Under the pieces are notes generated by a model. It ran no database searches. It saw nothing but the letters and a program-made list of their open reading frames with translations, and was not told the DNA's origin. A program made the position numbers and the translations under genes. A stretch of DNA of 42,645 nucleotides from Octopus bimaculoides (Eukaryota): positions 139,300,191 to 139,342,835 of the forward strand of contig NC_068981.1 in assembly GCF_001194135.2 (NCBI RefSeq). Direction: 5' to 3'. How positions within the stretch are numbered: position 1 is the first letter of the stretch; the number at the start of each line of letters is the position of its first letter. Positions 24,591 to 36,519 of the stretch are shown here, one piece after another.

Positions 24591-25149
24591 AAAATGAGAG
24601 ATGAAATGATCGATAAAAAAAAATGACGAAAGAGAAATATAATTGTAAACTTAAGGTCGTTGACAAGTTACTATGACAACAGAAGAACGTCACGAAGCCA
24701 TAGCGAAGTTACGTTTAAGAAATTGATTTGAGACTTATGAAAACATAAGAAAAAAATATATCTTTTTCACTTACGTAATTGAAACCGAAGTAAAATGATT
24801 ATTTCTGAAAAGTGATTTATAGCGAAAATTCTGAACGAGGTTTTTAGTGGCAAACTAGCGAAATTTACTTTAGTGAGCGTTGCGAGTTCTGAAATTAGGT
24901 TTAAAAAATTTTTTTTTCGTAGTCTTACTACTAAATAAGAGATAATTGAATTCGTGTAAAGAGAAACAATCCTATTACTTTGATGGCGTTAAACGTAAGC
25001 CAATGAAGCAGAAAGTGTTGTTGTTAAAGCTACTGCACGTGAAAAATGATCAAAGCTCAAATGATGCCATGACTCCAGTTTTTATTTTCTTGCACTTCCG
25101 GAAGACATTTAGATAATCATGAGAGCGGAAAGCTCAGATCTATATCGTA

Positions 25150-25850
25150 TGCGCTCTCTTTCTCCGCCCTCTTTCTCTTCCTTTCACTCTCCCCCTCTCT
25201 CTCTCACAGACACACACAGGCAACTGCCTACATTCAAACTCACGCGCACATATGTCTGTGTGTGCGCGCGTGTGTGTGTATATGTATGTATATTTATATG
25301 TATCGTTAAGTATGTGTATATATATATAGATACATATATATTGTATATGTATATATGTATATACATGTATATATATATGTGATATATGTGCGTCTACGGA
25401 GATATATGTCTGCACACACACACATATATGTATATATATATATGTATATGTATATAAATATACATACATATATGTGTGTTTATACACACACATACACACA
25501 CAAATATATATAAATGTGGGATGTATGTATGATGTTTATATGTATATATATATGCAAATATATTATACATTCATTCACACAGACATGTATATGTGTTGAT
25601 AAATTCACTTATGTACACATGGTGCAAGAGATATACATATGCACATGCAGGAGATGTTGAGAAGATAAGAAATGAAGACAAGAAGTAAAGAAGACAAACA
25701 AAAGAAGAAAAAAAAAAGAAATGATGATGATGATGATGACGATGAAGATAAAGAACATGAACAACAACAATGAAAAGAGGATAAGAAGTAAGAAGAGATA
25801 GGAAGAAGAAATGTATGAGAGAAAGATTAAGAGGAAAATAATTTTTCATG
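25150..25850. repeat. Compound low-complexity tract (CT, CA, TA, TG, GAA, GAT)
   Basis: Directly visible; explains the ORFs at 25119-25849. Confidence 0.85.
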
Positions 25851-26399
25851 ATTTAGACTGTGAAATAAATATGTTAGCGATCGCAATGAAATGAGAAGTG
25901 GTTTAAGATAACAGTAAATAGTAAATTTTCCGTCTTGAGTAGAGAGAATAGTAATAAATAAAATATAATTATAAGAGATATACAGCCCAATGAGATACAT
26001 AAAGAAAACTTTAGATCAGTCTATCTATAGATCATTCATTGTGGTGTAGATTCTAAATAATACATTATATGAAGCTAGCGATAAGGAAAGAAAAAAAAAG
26101 CTTGTGATGTATTTAATGTCTTTGAAAGGCATTAAATACATGCAGACTTAGAGATAAGATTATTGAGAATTACGTTTATTTTTTTTTCCTACTTTGATTA
26201 GTCTACTAGTTTCACTTATTGGGTTGCGGACATGATGGGGCAACGTCTTAAAGTGATTTAGTCAATCATGTTCCCTCTGATACTCTGTCTGGTACATATT
26301 CTATCGATCAAGCAGGGGCCAAAGGTTAAGTCGTCTTGCCATAAAGTAATATAACTTGGTCGAAACTAAATATCACAGTATGTTTTTGTTTTTCTTCTT

Positions 26400-26520
26400 T
26401 GACACACCGAATTTTGTGCATCTCAAGCAGATGTATTGTTTTGACGCTCAGGAAGAATGGAAGTCTTTGACATTTCGAGCCTAAGTTCCTCGACAGAGAG
26501 GGTTCAGAGGGAAAAAATGG
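26400..26520 (-). mobile_element. Short repeat with hammerhead-like motif (copy 1 of 3)
   Basis: Minus strand CTCT-CTGTCGAG-GAAC(TTAG)GCTC-GAAA-TG-TC-AAAGAC...CTGAGCGTCAAAACAATACATCTG; homologous to 27075-27215 and 32700-32870. Confidence 0.65.
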
Positions 26521-27074
26521 AGAGAGAAAGAAAGAAATATATATATATATATATTTATATATANNNNNNNNNNNNNNNNNNNNNNNNNNNNNNNNNNNNN
26601 NNNNNNNNNNNNNNNNNNNNNNNNNNNNNNNNNNNNNNNNNNNNNNNNNNNNNNNNNNNNNNNNNNNNNNNNNNNNNNNNNNNNNNNNNNNNNNNNNNNN
26701 NNNNNNNNNNNNNNNNNNNNNNNNNNNNNNNNNNNNNNNNNNNNNNNNNNNNNNNNNNNNNNNNNNNNNNNNNNNNNNNNNNNNNNNNNNNNNNNNNNNN
26801 NNNNNNNNNNNNNNNNNNNNNNNNNNNNNNNNNNNNNNNNNNNNNNNNNNNNNNNNNNNNNNNNNNNNNNNNNNNNNNNNNNNNNNNNNNNNNNNNNNNN
26901 NNNNNNNNNNNNNNNNNNNNNNNNNNNNNNNNNNNNNNNNNNNNNNNNNNNNNNNNNNNNNNNNNNNNNNNNNNNNNNNNNNNNNNNNNNNNNNNNNNNN
27001 NNNNNNNNNNNNNNNNNNNNNNNNNNNNNNNNNNNNNNNNNNNNNNNNNNNNNNNNNNNNNNATATATATATAC

Positions 27075-27215
27075 GTGAAGTTTATTTCCTCGTGTTCCTT
27101 TCTGTTGAAGAGCGTAAGCTCGAAACATAAAAGACTTTCTCACCTTTCCGAGCGTTAAACTAATACACCTGTTCATTGTTTATACACCTGTCTTCGTCTT
27201 GTGTTTTTCTGTAAA
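27075..27215 (+). mobile_element. Short repeat with hammerhead-like motif (copy 2 of 3)
   Basis: CTTT-CTGTTGAA-GAGC(GTAA)GCTC-GAAA-CA-TA-AAAGAC...CCGAGCGTTAAACTAATACACCTG. Confidence 0.7.
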
Positions 27216-27250
27216 TTTCAACTATACACACACACACACACACGCACACA

Positions 27251-27285
<35 letters not shown>

Positions 27286-28056
27286 GTACACCACCACAAA
27301 GAAAACCTCTTGAAATGTTCACCCTTGATCCATCGGATATCCATGAAAGTAGGATAGAGAAAGGAATGTCCCAGAACTCAGTTGGTACCTATTTCAGCTA
27401 AATGAACTGGGGTTGCGTAAAATAAAGTATCTTTGTCCACCAGATCCAAGAATCAAACATACGACCTCATGAATTTGAGCACAGCACCGAAACCACTACT
27501 CCACATGCCTTCACAAAGCTGGTGCTACTTACGCACCACAGGTAATTAAATCGACCGAAACGTCAAAATTTGCGGTTTTATGCCAAAATTGGAGAGCATT
27601 TCTTCCCCTATAACTTGTACGAAAAGTAAAAGTAAATTTTATAGAATCAGAAAATGGAGAAAATTGTTGAAGCTATACGATATAAATAAATGTACTGGAA
27701 TATTTTAGCTTGCCAAAAGAGAAATTAATGACTTGGAGAAGCCGATAGTTTAAGTAATAAGAAATAATTTGAGATAACTGTCAAGGTTATTTCAAAAATA
27801 TATTATAAATCAGAAGGAAAACAGTTAAAGCGAGCTGTTTTTTTCGTCTCATTATTAATTGTTCCAGAGGGTAAGAAAAATGAATGATAATATGAGGAGA
27901 TGTCTTTCGAAAGAAGACGTCTATAGACGTGGCCAGCAAGTAATGTTTTGTATCACTGGTTTTTATTGAGACAAGACGATGAATATTTCTATGTGTGAAT
28001 ATTTCAAACTCTTTCTCTCTCTATTGATATTTATTTCCATCTCTCTCCTGTTCACT

Positions 28057-28096
<40 letters not shown>

Positions 28097-28326
28097 CTTA
28101 AAAAAGTATATTATTGACAGTGACTTCGAAGTTTCGCCCAGTAAAACCGTCGTCCGAAGATGCCAATAATATTCTTGTTTAAGAATAATAAATTTGTACT
28201 CTATAAAAGTATAGAGATTAATGCTAAATTGTTTTTATAATAACTGAAAACATCTCCCGCTCTCTCTTCCCTCCCTCTCTCTCCCCCTCTCTCTCTCTGT
28301 GACACACACACACACATGTATATATA

Positions 28327-28565
28327 TGCAGAAGTTCGTGGCTTAGCGGTTAGAGTGTTGCACTGAAAATCGTACGAATGTTGTTTCGATTCCTGCACAG
28401 GGCGATGCACTGTGTTCTTAAGCAAAACACTTCATTTAACGTTGCTTCACTTCTCTGAACTGGATGAAAAATGAGTAACCCTGCGACAGATCAGTATCCA
28501 GTCTTGCAGGTGGGGAATATATACACCATAGAATTTGGGAAAATCGGTCTTATGAACCTTTGGTT
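28327..28565 (+). mobile_element. SINE-D (different head, same tail as SINE-B type 2)
   Basis: tRNA-like head GTGGCTTAGCGGTTAGAG...GTTTCGATTCC, TGTGTTCTTAAGCAAAACAC, then GAGTAACCCTGCGA...GGGGAAT...CCATAGAA; degraded. Confidence 0.6.
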
Positions 28566-28583
28566 CGGGAAGGACTTTTGATT

Positions 28584-28623
<40 letters not shown>

Positions 28624-30427
28624 TGTATAAAAAGTTTATCATAATAATATATTACTATACAGTTATTATTAGACTATACGTCTTACGTAGTATCTTTCTC
28701 TCCGTANNNNNNNNNNNNNNNNNNNNNNNNNNNNNNNNNNNNNNNNNNNNNNNNNNNNNNNNNNNNNNNNNNNNNNNNNNNNNNNNNNNNNNNNNNNNNN
28801 NNNNNNNNNNNNNNNNNNNNNNNNNNNNNNNNNNNNNNNNNNNNNNNNNNNNNNNNNNNNNNNNNNNNNNNNNNNNNNNNNNNNNNNNNNNNNNNNNNNN
28901 NNNNNNNNNNNNNNNNNNNNNNNNNNNNNNNNNNNNNAGTTGTACTTAAATTACATGTGTATAAAAAAGTTATAATCAGGTTGCAACGACATGAACATAT
29001 TGAAACTACTTGCAATATCGGTTAAGAAAACCGTTATATAGTAAGTAGAGTAACTAAGTAGAGATATATGTTAATCTTAGATCAGATTTTGATATGATAC
29101 ATGTTTACGCACACACTCACACATAAATATAGAAAAATATATTCATCCGATACGTAAGAATAAACATGAGTTATCCATGTGAAAAAAAGGAAGAGCACAA
29201 CACCTTACAAATGGATGAAAAGGGATTCAGTGGAGGTGAGGGATGAATGATGCGACAAACGAAATATACCTGATTCGTCAATGAGACGAATGAAATGTAC
29301 CTGATTCTGAATCGACTTAAGCCGTCCCCGAAATTGCTGGTGTTGTGCCTAAATATGACACCGATATTTAGGATATTTAAGGTATTTACTAACTAACCGT
29401 ACCAAATACTAAAAACAACACCCACTGAATGATAGTGAGAAAGTAGCAAAATAATTTAATTGGGAAAGCTATTGTATACATGTAAATATTCTAACAAAGT
29501 AAGCTGCCTTGAAATTACAATTATCAATGTTCCGTGACGATGTGTTAGTCGGAACGCACCATGCTCTAAAGAGACCCTTCGATCAAATTCAAATTTGCGA
29601 ATTCTTCAGAAATTCTCTAGCTTTCTGTAAACAATGCCATTCATCGTTCAACATGATTTTTAATTGACCCAACTCAGGTTAGAAGGTCAATGATGTTATG
29701 TCAATTACTCTTCTTACTGTATAAATTATGAATTCCGTGTGATTTATTTCAGTCCTACGCAGTATTCAAGCCAATCACTAGCAAAATCACAAGGATTTTA
29801 CTTTTTATCTAATTCAAGGTAATTCTAGGGATTTCTGAATATGTAAAATAGTTAGTGTGTGCCGATATGAGGTGCATGGGTGTATATGTTCATCATCTTG
29901 TAGCGGGGGTATATTTCTTTTGTAAACGAATATGAGTGGATGTGTATGATTACTTCTTATGTACGCCATAAGCATGCCATAAGCACAAAAGTAATTTTCT
30001 GTAAATGGTCATTTGCTTGGATTTAAACGATGCAAATTAGTTTACTTTATTCATTCCTCGCATAGACACAAATAAATATATATAGCATAGATACAAGAGC
30101 AGGTTCTGACGTGCCTTTGATGTCACCGTGAGAACAATTCTTTCTATTGATGGCGTTGGAAAGGAATTTTGAAGAAAATTGTCTCAAGGTAGTAATTTGC
30201 AGTTACTTTCGGTAAGCTTTCAACGATGTGATATCTCCTACATAGCATGGTAAAAACAACATTTTCTAGCACAACATAAAGGTTTGAAGTCATCCTTGTG
30301 TCTTTTAATCAATTATTCGCCTTTTCCTGTATAGCAACAGTATATTCTTCTGGACGGAAGGGATGTTTTTTTATCACTTGTCGAGGAGACTCTACACTTC
30401 TTATTAATATTGTTGTGTTGATGTCTT

Positions 30428-30643
30428 AAAAGCGGCGAGTTGGCAAAATTGTTAGCACGCCAGGCAAAATGCTTAGAAGAATTTTGTCTTTCTTTATGTT
30501 CTGAGCTCAAATTCTGCCGAGGTCAACTTTGCATTTCATCGTTTCGGGTCGATAGACTAAGTACTAGTTGAACACTGGGATCGATGTAATCGACTTACCA
30601 TCTCCCAGAACTTTCTGGCCTTATGCCAAAATTTGAAATCAAT
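30428..30643 (+). mobile_element. SINE-A
   Basis: Full-length match to the other copies. Confidence 0.88.
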
Positions 30644-30827
30644 GTTGTTGCTATCTTCTAGCTTATGATATATGCATATCTGCATCACTTTTTGCCGTTA
30701 TGGTGAGTGTTCCGCCTCCAAGATTCTGTTCAATTAGATGAATATAGATGTCCATGGGTTACATTAAAACAGCTGAATAATTATTCAGGAGTTCTTGCCT
30801 AGTTTTAGTATATAATTATTATTATTA

Positions 30828-31045
30828 TAGGTGGAAAGTAGACAGAACCGTTAGCACGCAACACAAAATGCTTAGCAGCATTTCATGCGTCTTTATCTCC
30901 TGAGTCCAAATTCTGCCAAGGTCGACATTGTCTTTCATCTTTTCGGAGGTCGATAAAATAAGTACCAGTCAAGAACTGAGGTCGATGTAATTGACTTCCC
31001 CTCCACTCAAAAACTGCCGCTCTAGTGCCAAAATTTCAAATCGTC
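30828..31045 (+). mobile_element. SINE-A
   Basis: Full-length, diverged match to the other copies. Confidence 0.82.
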
Positions 31046-31084
31046 ATTTCTGTTGTTAAGTATACATTTCTATCTTTATTGTTT

Positions 31085-31625
31085 AGTAGGTATTGTCAAA
31101 GTGATACGATGTGACCCTCAGAGACTGTCCGGCTAATGACATTGTTGATGCGGAACTTGATCGTAGTGGTTTGTATCTTCCTAGTCTTGGTGTCCAAGTG
31201 GCAGGTCTCTTCAAGTACCCAATCAACTATTCTAAATATAATACTCTAATGCACTGGAAGAGCAAAAGTGTTATGAGATATGGTACTATTGAATTCAGAC
31301 ATGTCTAACTTCCATATTTTCTGAATTTTACTGACGTATTCCTTTTCAGACAAGTTTTCCTCATGTATACACAATATTCTCATCAATTTCAAGAAACATG
31401 TATTCATTAGTGGCGATAATGGAGATAGACAGGCCATTCATATCCATATTCTTTGGCAAAAACATCAAGTGATTGCCAAACATAGCATTTACACTGACCA
31501 AAATCTATTCCTATGTTCTGTGAGAATGTTCTGAATATCTCTCAGTGTATCATGAGATCGAATATTACCTTAATATAGATTAAAGTAATCGACCAAAAAA
31601 CTTGTGTGACATGAAGTTTTCTATC
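31085..31625 (-). mobile_element. R4/Dong-type LINE reverse transcriptase C-terminal fragment
   Basis: Minus-strand pieces FSQNIGIDFGQCKC, YMFLEIDENI and KEYVSKIQKIW...SHNTFALPVH*...DWVLEETCHLDTKTRKI follow the order FSxDIGMxFGLxKC / YKYLG / HNxFAxPVL / WTxxExxxLDRKTRK of R4-clade RT; a degraded FVDD-like motif lies near 31600. Confidence 0.7.
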
Positions 31626-31703
31626 CTCTAGAGATTCTAACAAGTAGCCTTGACATTTCCTGAACAGAGTTTAGAAAGAATTCACTGTCAGAACGAAGAG
31701 TGT

Positions 31704-31955
31704 ATTGTTGTTTGTTCCTTCTCGAGCCATAGGTACCCCGCCTGGACGTGACACCGGTCCATCGCAGGTGAGCTGCTAGATGCAGGAGGAAAGAGTGAGA
31801 GAAAGTTGTGGCAAAAGAGCCAGCAGAGGTTCGCCATTACCTTCTGCCAGAGCCGCGAGGAGCCTAGGTGTTTCGCTCATAAACTCACACATCGCCAGGT
31901 CTGAGATTCGAACACGCGAGTCCACTGATATAACCACTAAGCCATGTGTCTCCAC
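31704..31955 (-). mobile_element. SINE-B, tail type 3
   Basis: SINE-B head and body, then CTCACCTGCGATGGACCGGTGTCACGTCCAGGCGGGG...GGCTCGAGAAGGAACAAACAAC. Confidence 0.75.
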
Positions 31956-32192
31956 ACAGACAAGTCGCTGATCTGGAATATTCTCGTCGATTACCTAATT
32001 TTGTTTGTGACTATTGTAGTTTCTTTTTCAGTTCTTAGTGATATGTGTTTCAATGGCATCAGCTATAAGCGATGAAACTTTGGCAAAGTGCAATAATTTC
32101 AATATTGATGGGGAAAGGACGGAGTCAAAAGGCTTCTAATAAGTCTAGCCACACAGTGAATTGACATCGGTAATGCTATATCGCTTCCTTAC

Positions 32193-32276
32193 GGTCTATT
32201 TGACACGGTTCCATATTCTTTCTTCCATTTTCTCATTCCAATCCTTCATTTCACATATCATTTGTTTCACAGTGAC
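32193..32276 (-). CDS. Host gene exon (VTVKQMICEMKDWNEKMEERIWNRVK*)
   Basis: Acceptor GTGTTCTTCAAG|, phase 0 matching the upstream exon; TAG just before the donor ACC|GTAAGG. Confidence 0.55.
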
Positions 32277-32352
32277 CTTGAAGAACACATTACGTGTATA
32301 TTATTTATACTTAACATACAATCATGCTACAGGCTTCTTGTATCTTTGTTAC

Positions 32353-32459
32353 GTGTGTATATTGGCTGTTAGACACGAGTGTTGCCCGTGTAGCTGTGAA
32401 CCAGTCTGGCACATTGAATTCAGATCCCATTAAGTTTTCGAAAATGATTTCGATCCTTC
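32353..32459 (-). CDS. Host gene exon (GRIEIIFENLMGSEFNVPDWFTATRATLVSNSQYTH), phase 1 to 0
   Basis: CTCACAG| ... CAC|GTAACA, 107 nt open, followed by a 76 nt intron. Confidence 0.6.
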
Positions 32460-32593
32460 CTGTGAGATTACTATGTATACATTCATATCCACACAAACAC
32501 ACACACAGATGTATGGACGCGTTTGTGCGTATATGTCTATATATGAATATCTACCTGTATATGTCTATATATATACGTGTATATATGTTTAAA

Positions 32594-32595
<2 letters not shown>

Positions 32596-32686
<91 letters not shown>
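32596..32686. repeat. (CA)n microsatellite
   Basis: Directly visible. Confidence 0.95.
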
Positions 32687-32688
<2 letters not shown>

Positions 32689-32699
32689 ATAAATGCATA

Positions 32700-32870
32700 T
32701 GTTTTCTCTCTCCGTTTTTTTCTTTCCTTCTCAATTTCTTCCTCTCAACTCTTCTGTCGAAAAGCACAAGCTCGAAACGCCAAAGACTTTTCCATTCTTC
32801 TCGAGCATCAAAATAATACACCTGCTTGTTGTCCCCTCACTCTTTTGTGTTTTGATTTATGTACATTTCA
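32700..32870 (+). mobile_element. Short repeat with hammerhead-like motif (copy 3 of 3)
   Basis: TCTT-CTGTCGAA-AAGC(ACAA)GCTC-GAAA-CG-CC-AAAGAC...TCGAGCATCAAAATAATACACCTG. Confidence 0.65.
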
Positions 32871-33397
32871 ACCACACACACACTCACACATACACTGAAA
32901 CACACACACACACACACACAGTTTTATTTTAAGATGTCTTGCCAATATGGAAAGAATCGGTGTCTAACCTAGACCCAAGGCTTCTTCATTGGAATTTCAA
33001 CATCAACAGGATATTTTTTACATGTATGTGTGTGTGTGCGTGTGTGTGTGCGTGTGTGTGCGTGTGTGTGTGCGTGCGTGTGTGTGTGTGCGTGCGTGCA
33101 AATCAGGTGCAGTTGAACGTTTGGCGTATTAATGGTCAACTGGAATTTATACAAGATACGGGTTTAGCAATATCATTTATATTAAAGTGATGTTTAATAT
33201 GGATATGAAAATATCCACTTCGACAGTTCGATGAAGTGCATATACGTGAAAGGAGATATTGCGATTAAAAAATGCCAAACATTTAGAATTGGATAATTTT
33301 AAATGATATTGAAAATTCTTTAATAAAATTCTTAAAAACCATAGGGAAAGGATATGGCTAAGATTGTTGAATGCTTTGAATGAATATTTTAATTCAC

Positions 33398-33446
33398 CAA
33401 GATTAATATTTGATGAGTTGAAAGCACAAGAAGGTCTGGGGAATGG
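33398..33446 (-). CDS. Host gene exon (PFPRPSCAFNSSNINL), phase 0 to 1
   Basis: CAACTTACAG| ... TTG|GTGAAT, 49 nt; bridges the phases of its neighbours. Confidence 0.45.
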
Positions 33447-34052
33447 CTGTAAGTTGATTTGCTATTAATATGGCTAGAATTTTATTTGGCTGTCAACTAT
33501 ATATAAGAACTGAAAGAGATAGTCAATCAAAATAGTAATGTGTATTTGCCTTAAGTTGTCTTCTGCAATTTTCCATTTTAAAGTAAAATGAAAAAAGTAA
33601 AGTTGATAAGAGACTATGATAAAATAATGTGGAATATAGACTGAAATAGAATTTAAGAAATAAATATAATGCAGTCGGTTGAGTGTTTTATAGTATTAGA
33701 TTGTATAAGACATTGAAAATTACAGCGGGAGATTGAAAAAGTCAGACATATAGTTAAGAATTTCTTTCCGCAGCTAAATGGTTTCAAGTTCAGTTCCAGT
33801 ACATTGGTCAACTGTTTTTTTTTTTTGCTTTTATTATAGCCTCGCATCAGCCAATGCATAGTGAACGACTTTGGTGAACGGAATCTGCGTAGATGTTCAT
33901 TGTATACATATTTATATATAGACAAATACACACATATGTTTATACACACACATTCATGTGTATGTGTGTGAATATGTCACCCTACCGCTTGAGAGCACGT
34001 GTTAAAATTAGTACCAGTGTCAAGACGGTGAGCTTGCAGAATCATCGCACGC

Positions 34053-35682
34053 TTCCGGTGCTTTTCAAGGTGTACAAGAGTAATTTTTGAGCGTATTTTC
34101 AGTGTTAACAACGTTTATTGTGTTTCAGTGTTTTAACACTTCGATTAATTGTTTTTGTATTGCTTTGCAGCAATTTGTTTGTGCTTCCCCTCCTCACAGG
34201 GGAGGGTCGGTTTTGTGAAAAAGATGTCTGAAGAAGACTCCAGCTTTTCAGATATGTCGTCTTCAGAGGAAGAATTTTTGAAAACGGTCAAAAAAATGGA
34301 TGAAAAAGTAAATGAAGAAAAGAGAAACTTTGCGGACGTGGCAAAGTGCCAGGAAAATGATATTAATATTTGTGAATTTGAAAATTATAAAAATTTAATA
34401 ATTCTGGATGGATTTGACGTTAAATTGACCCTCCACCGCAAGAGACGCTTAATAATATGAAAGAAAGAACAATTTTGTACAGAAAATTTTCAATAGTTAA
34501 AGGAAACATTGACGTCATGACCATACTAGAGAAAGCGTTAAGACCAATATGGCATGAAATTGTGTACTAAGTTCGGAATAGTGGAGCTGAGATTCAAGGA
34601 CACGGCAACAGCAAAAAAGCACGCAGCGACTACTATTAAGAGGGAGGAAGTGGTGCTTTTGCTCACTTACCGTGGACAACGTGCGGCCAGAGTTAGGGTG
34701 GTGGGAATTTCGCCAGAGATAGATGTGGCCTGGATAGCAGCCGCTGTCCTTCTGGGAAACGAGGACAACATAGCGGTCCTCCAGGTCACAAAACGCAAAG
34801 GGTTATATGGAAGGGACGGATACTGAACATGATTATTCAAGGTTCAACCGAAACTCTAGAAAACATTACAGAAACAATAATTATGGACGATGTGATAATG
34901 AGGGTCAGGATGGTGGGCAGAATCCCTCGATGCTTTAAATGTGGCCTGAAGGGCCACATCAGAGCGGACTGCCCTTCACCTACCAAAAAAAACGGAGGAG
35001 ATACAAGAGGAAGAGCCCCAGAAAGAGCAAGAAATTAAGGAAGAAGAAAATATATCAACAGATGTAGAGAAGAAAGAAACAGACAACGAATGGGAAATAG
35101 GAAAAAGGAACGAGAGAAAAAGAAAAAAATCAAGCCCTATAACCACCCACCCACACCCTCTTCGACCCACCCTTCCCCTACAGATACAAAACCTGCCTAT
35201 CCCCCTCTGACACAGAAAAATGTACAAACAAACAAGAACTCCCAAACTCTCCCGCCAGACAAAAAAAAAATGCCAAATGAAAAACTGTGTAAAGAAGTGT
35301 TATCTTGGGAAGACTTTAAAATAGTTGAAACAACGAGTTTTGACAACATAAACGGATGGCACTGTTGCGCGTTGTGCTCGGATGAACAGAAAGAAAAAAA
35401 AAAGATTTAAAAGCAGAGGTGAAATTGGATTGGTACGTATTACCACAGTATATGACATATGAGGAAGTGGTGGGAGAATTTCGAATAGATATTCTAACTG
35501 GAACGAAGTTTAAAAGGTATAAATGAAGCTGCTATGAAGTGGGGCAGAGTAACTTCATTCCATTTTTTTATCCACTTTTCATGTCATTTTTTCACGTTGG
35601 TTCTAATTTCGTTTTCTCTGTATGTCCCCACATATTGTGTATTGTCTCCTCTATGTTCGCCCCGTAGTCGGTAATAAAAAGA
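34053..35682 (+). mobile_element. ORF1-only L1/Tx1-derived element (HAL1-like) nested in a SINE-A head
   Basis: T-rich 5' UTR, broken ORF1 (~34224-35526) with knuckle CFKCGLKGHIRADC at 34931-34972, ~150 bp 3' UTR ending GGTAATAAAAAGA, no ORF2. SINE-A head precedes it (34022-34052) and SINE-A resumes at 35685. Confidence 0.78.
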
Positions 35683-35684
35683 TT

Positions 35685-35850
35685 AGAATCGTTAGCATGC
35701 TGGGCAAAATGTTTAGCGGCATTTCGCAAATTCCGCTGTGGTCGACTTTGCTTTTCATCGTTTTCGGGCCGATTAATTAAGTACCAGTTGGACACCGATA
35801 TAGATGTAATCGATTTACCCCCACCACCTGAAATTGCCAGCAGGCCCACA
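35685..35850 (+). mobile_element. SINE-A remainder (lacks the first ~16 nt; internal deletion)
   Basis: Starts AGAATCGTTAGCATGCTGGGC. Confidence 0.8.
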
Positions 35851-36091
35851 ATTCAATGACGACAAGCAAAAAAGGTATGTATGTATACTTACCATTTCAC
35901 ACTGTATATTTATATCATTCCTATATATTATACTTAATTACTATTCGTATTTTAAGATTTACTTCAGTCATAGACAAATTCCAGAGTGATACAGAACTAT
36001 ATTATATTTACAGTATTGTAGTCACTCAAACTGCCGACTGTGTGCTTGTAGTGGAGTAATTACGTATCACATTATCCTCATGATACAAGTA

Positions 36092-36327
36092 CAGTAATCC
36101 CTCGCTATATCGCGGTTCACCTATCGCGCACTCAGTACATCGCGGTTCACCTATCGCGCACTCAGTACATCGCGAATTTTTCTGGCTAATATATGTAAAT
36201 TTATATTGCGGACTCCTCAGTATATCACGAGCTTCTGCTGCCGATAGATATTTATATTTTTTAAGATTTGAATTATTTCTGTGGAAGGTTTGGGAACCTA
36301 ACACCCACGATAGCTGTGAGGTTACTG
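36092..36327. mobile_element. Tigger/pogo-like MITE
   Basis: TA|CAGTAATCCCTCGCTATATCGCGG at the left, degraded CCACGATAGCTGTGAGGTTACTG|TA at the right; perfect 30 bp duplication at 36109-36168. Confidence 0.78.
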
Positions 36328-36519
36328 TAGAGGTAAACATCAAAAGTTTATCCAAAAGAACAGGTGTAAATTTTCGTAAGTCCTCTTTGGTGTCATCTCT
36401 AATACTCTCGACTGGCATAGGACAAATACATTGTTCAACGCCTGTAGGCGCTTTTGTTTTCACTCTTTTACCTTTCTTCTATGATTCTGGAGTCTCCGGA
36501 TACAGTGGAACGCTGAGGT

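Noticed and set aside
24600-25150. CpG-containing unique stretch with CTTCCGGAAG as a possible promoter
   Set aside because: A single short motif with no linked first exon; not supportable from sequence alone.
6085-29015. Long ORFs containing X runs (6.1, 9.3, 12.3, 21.1, 26.5, 28.6 kb)
   Set aside because: Open only because they span N gaps bordered by microsatellites.
33347-33448. Plus-strand frame ERIWLRLLNALNEYFNSPRLIFDELKAQEGLGNG ending at GTAAGT
   Set aside because: The donor is the reverse complement of the minus-strand acceptor ACTTACAG, and the minus reading fits the exon chain. Not fully excluded.
36026-36463. 145 aa minus-strand ORF and possible exon ESIRDDTKEDLRKFTPVLLDKLL
   Set aside because: Most of the ORF is the Tigger-like MITE; the exon-like part has the wrong phase for the chain and no good donor.
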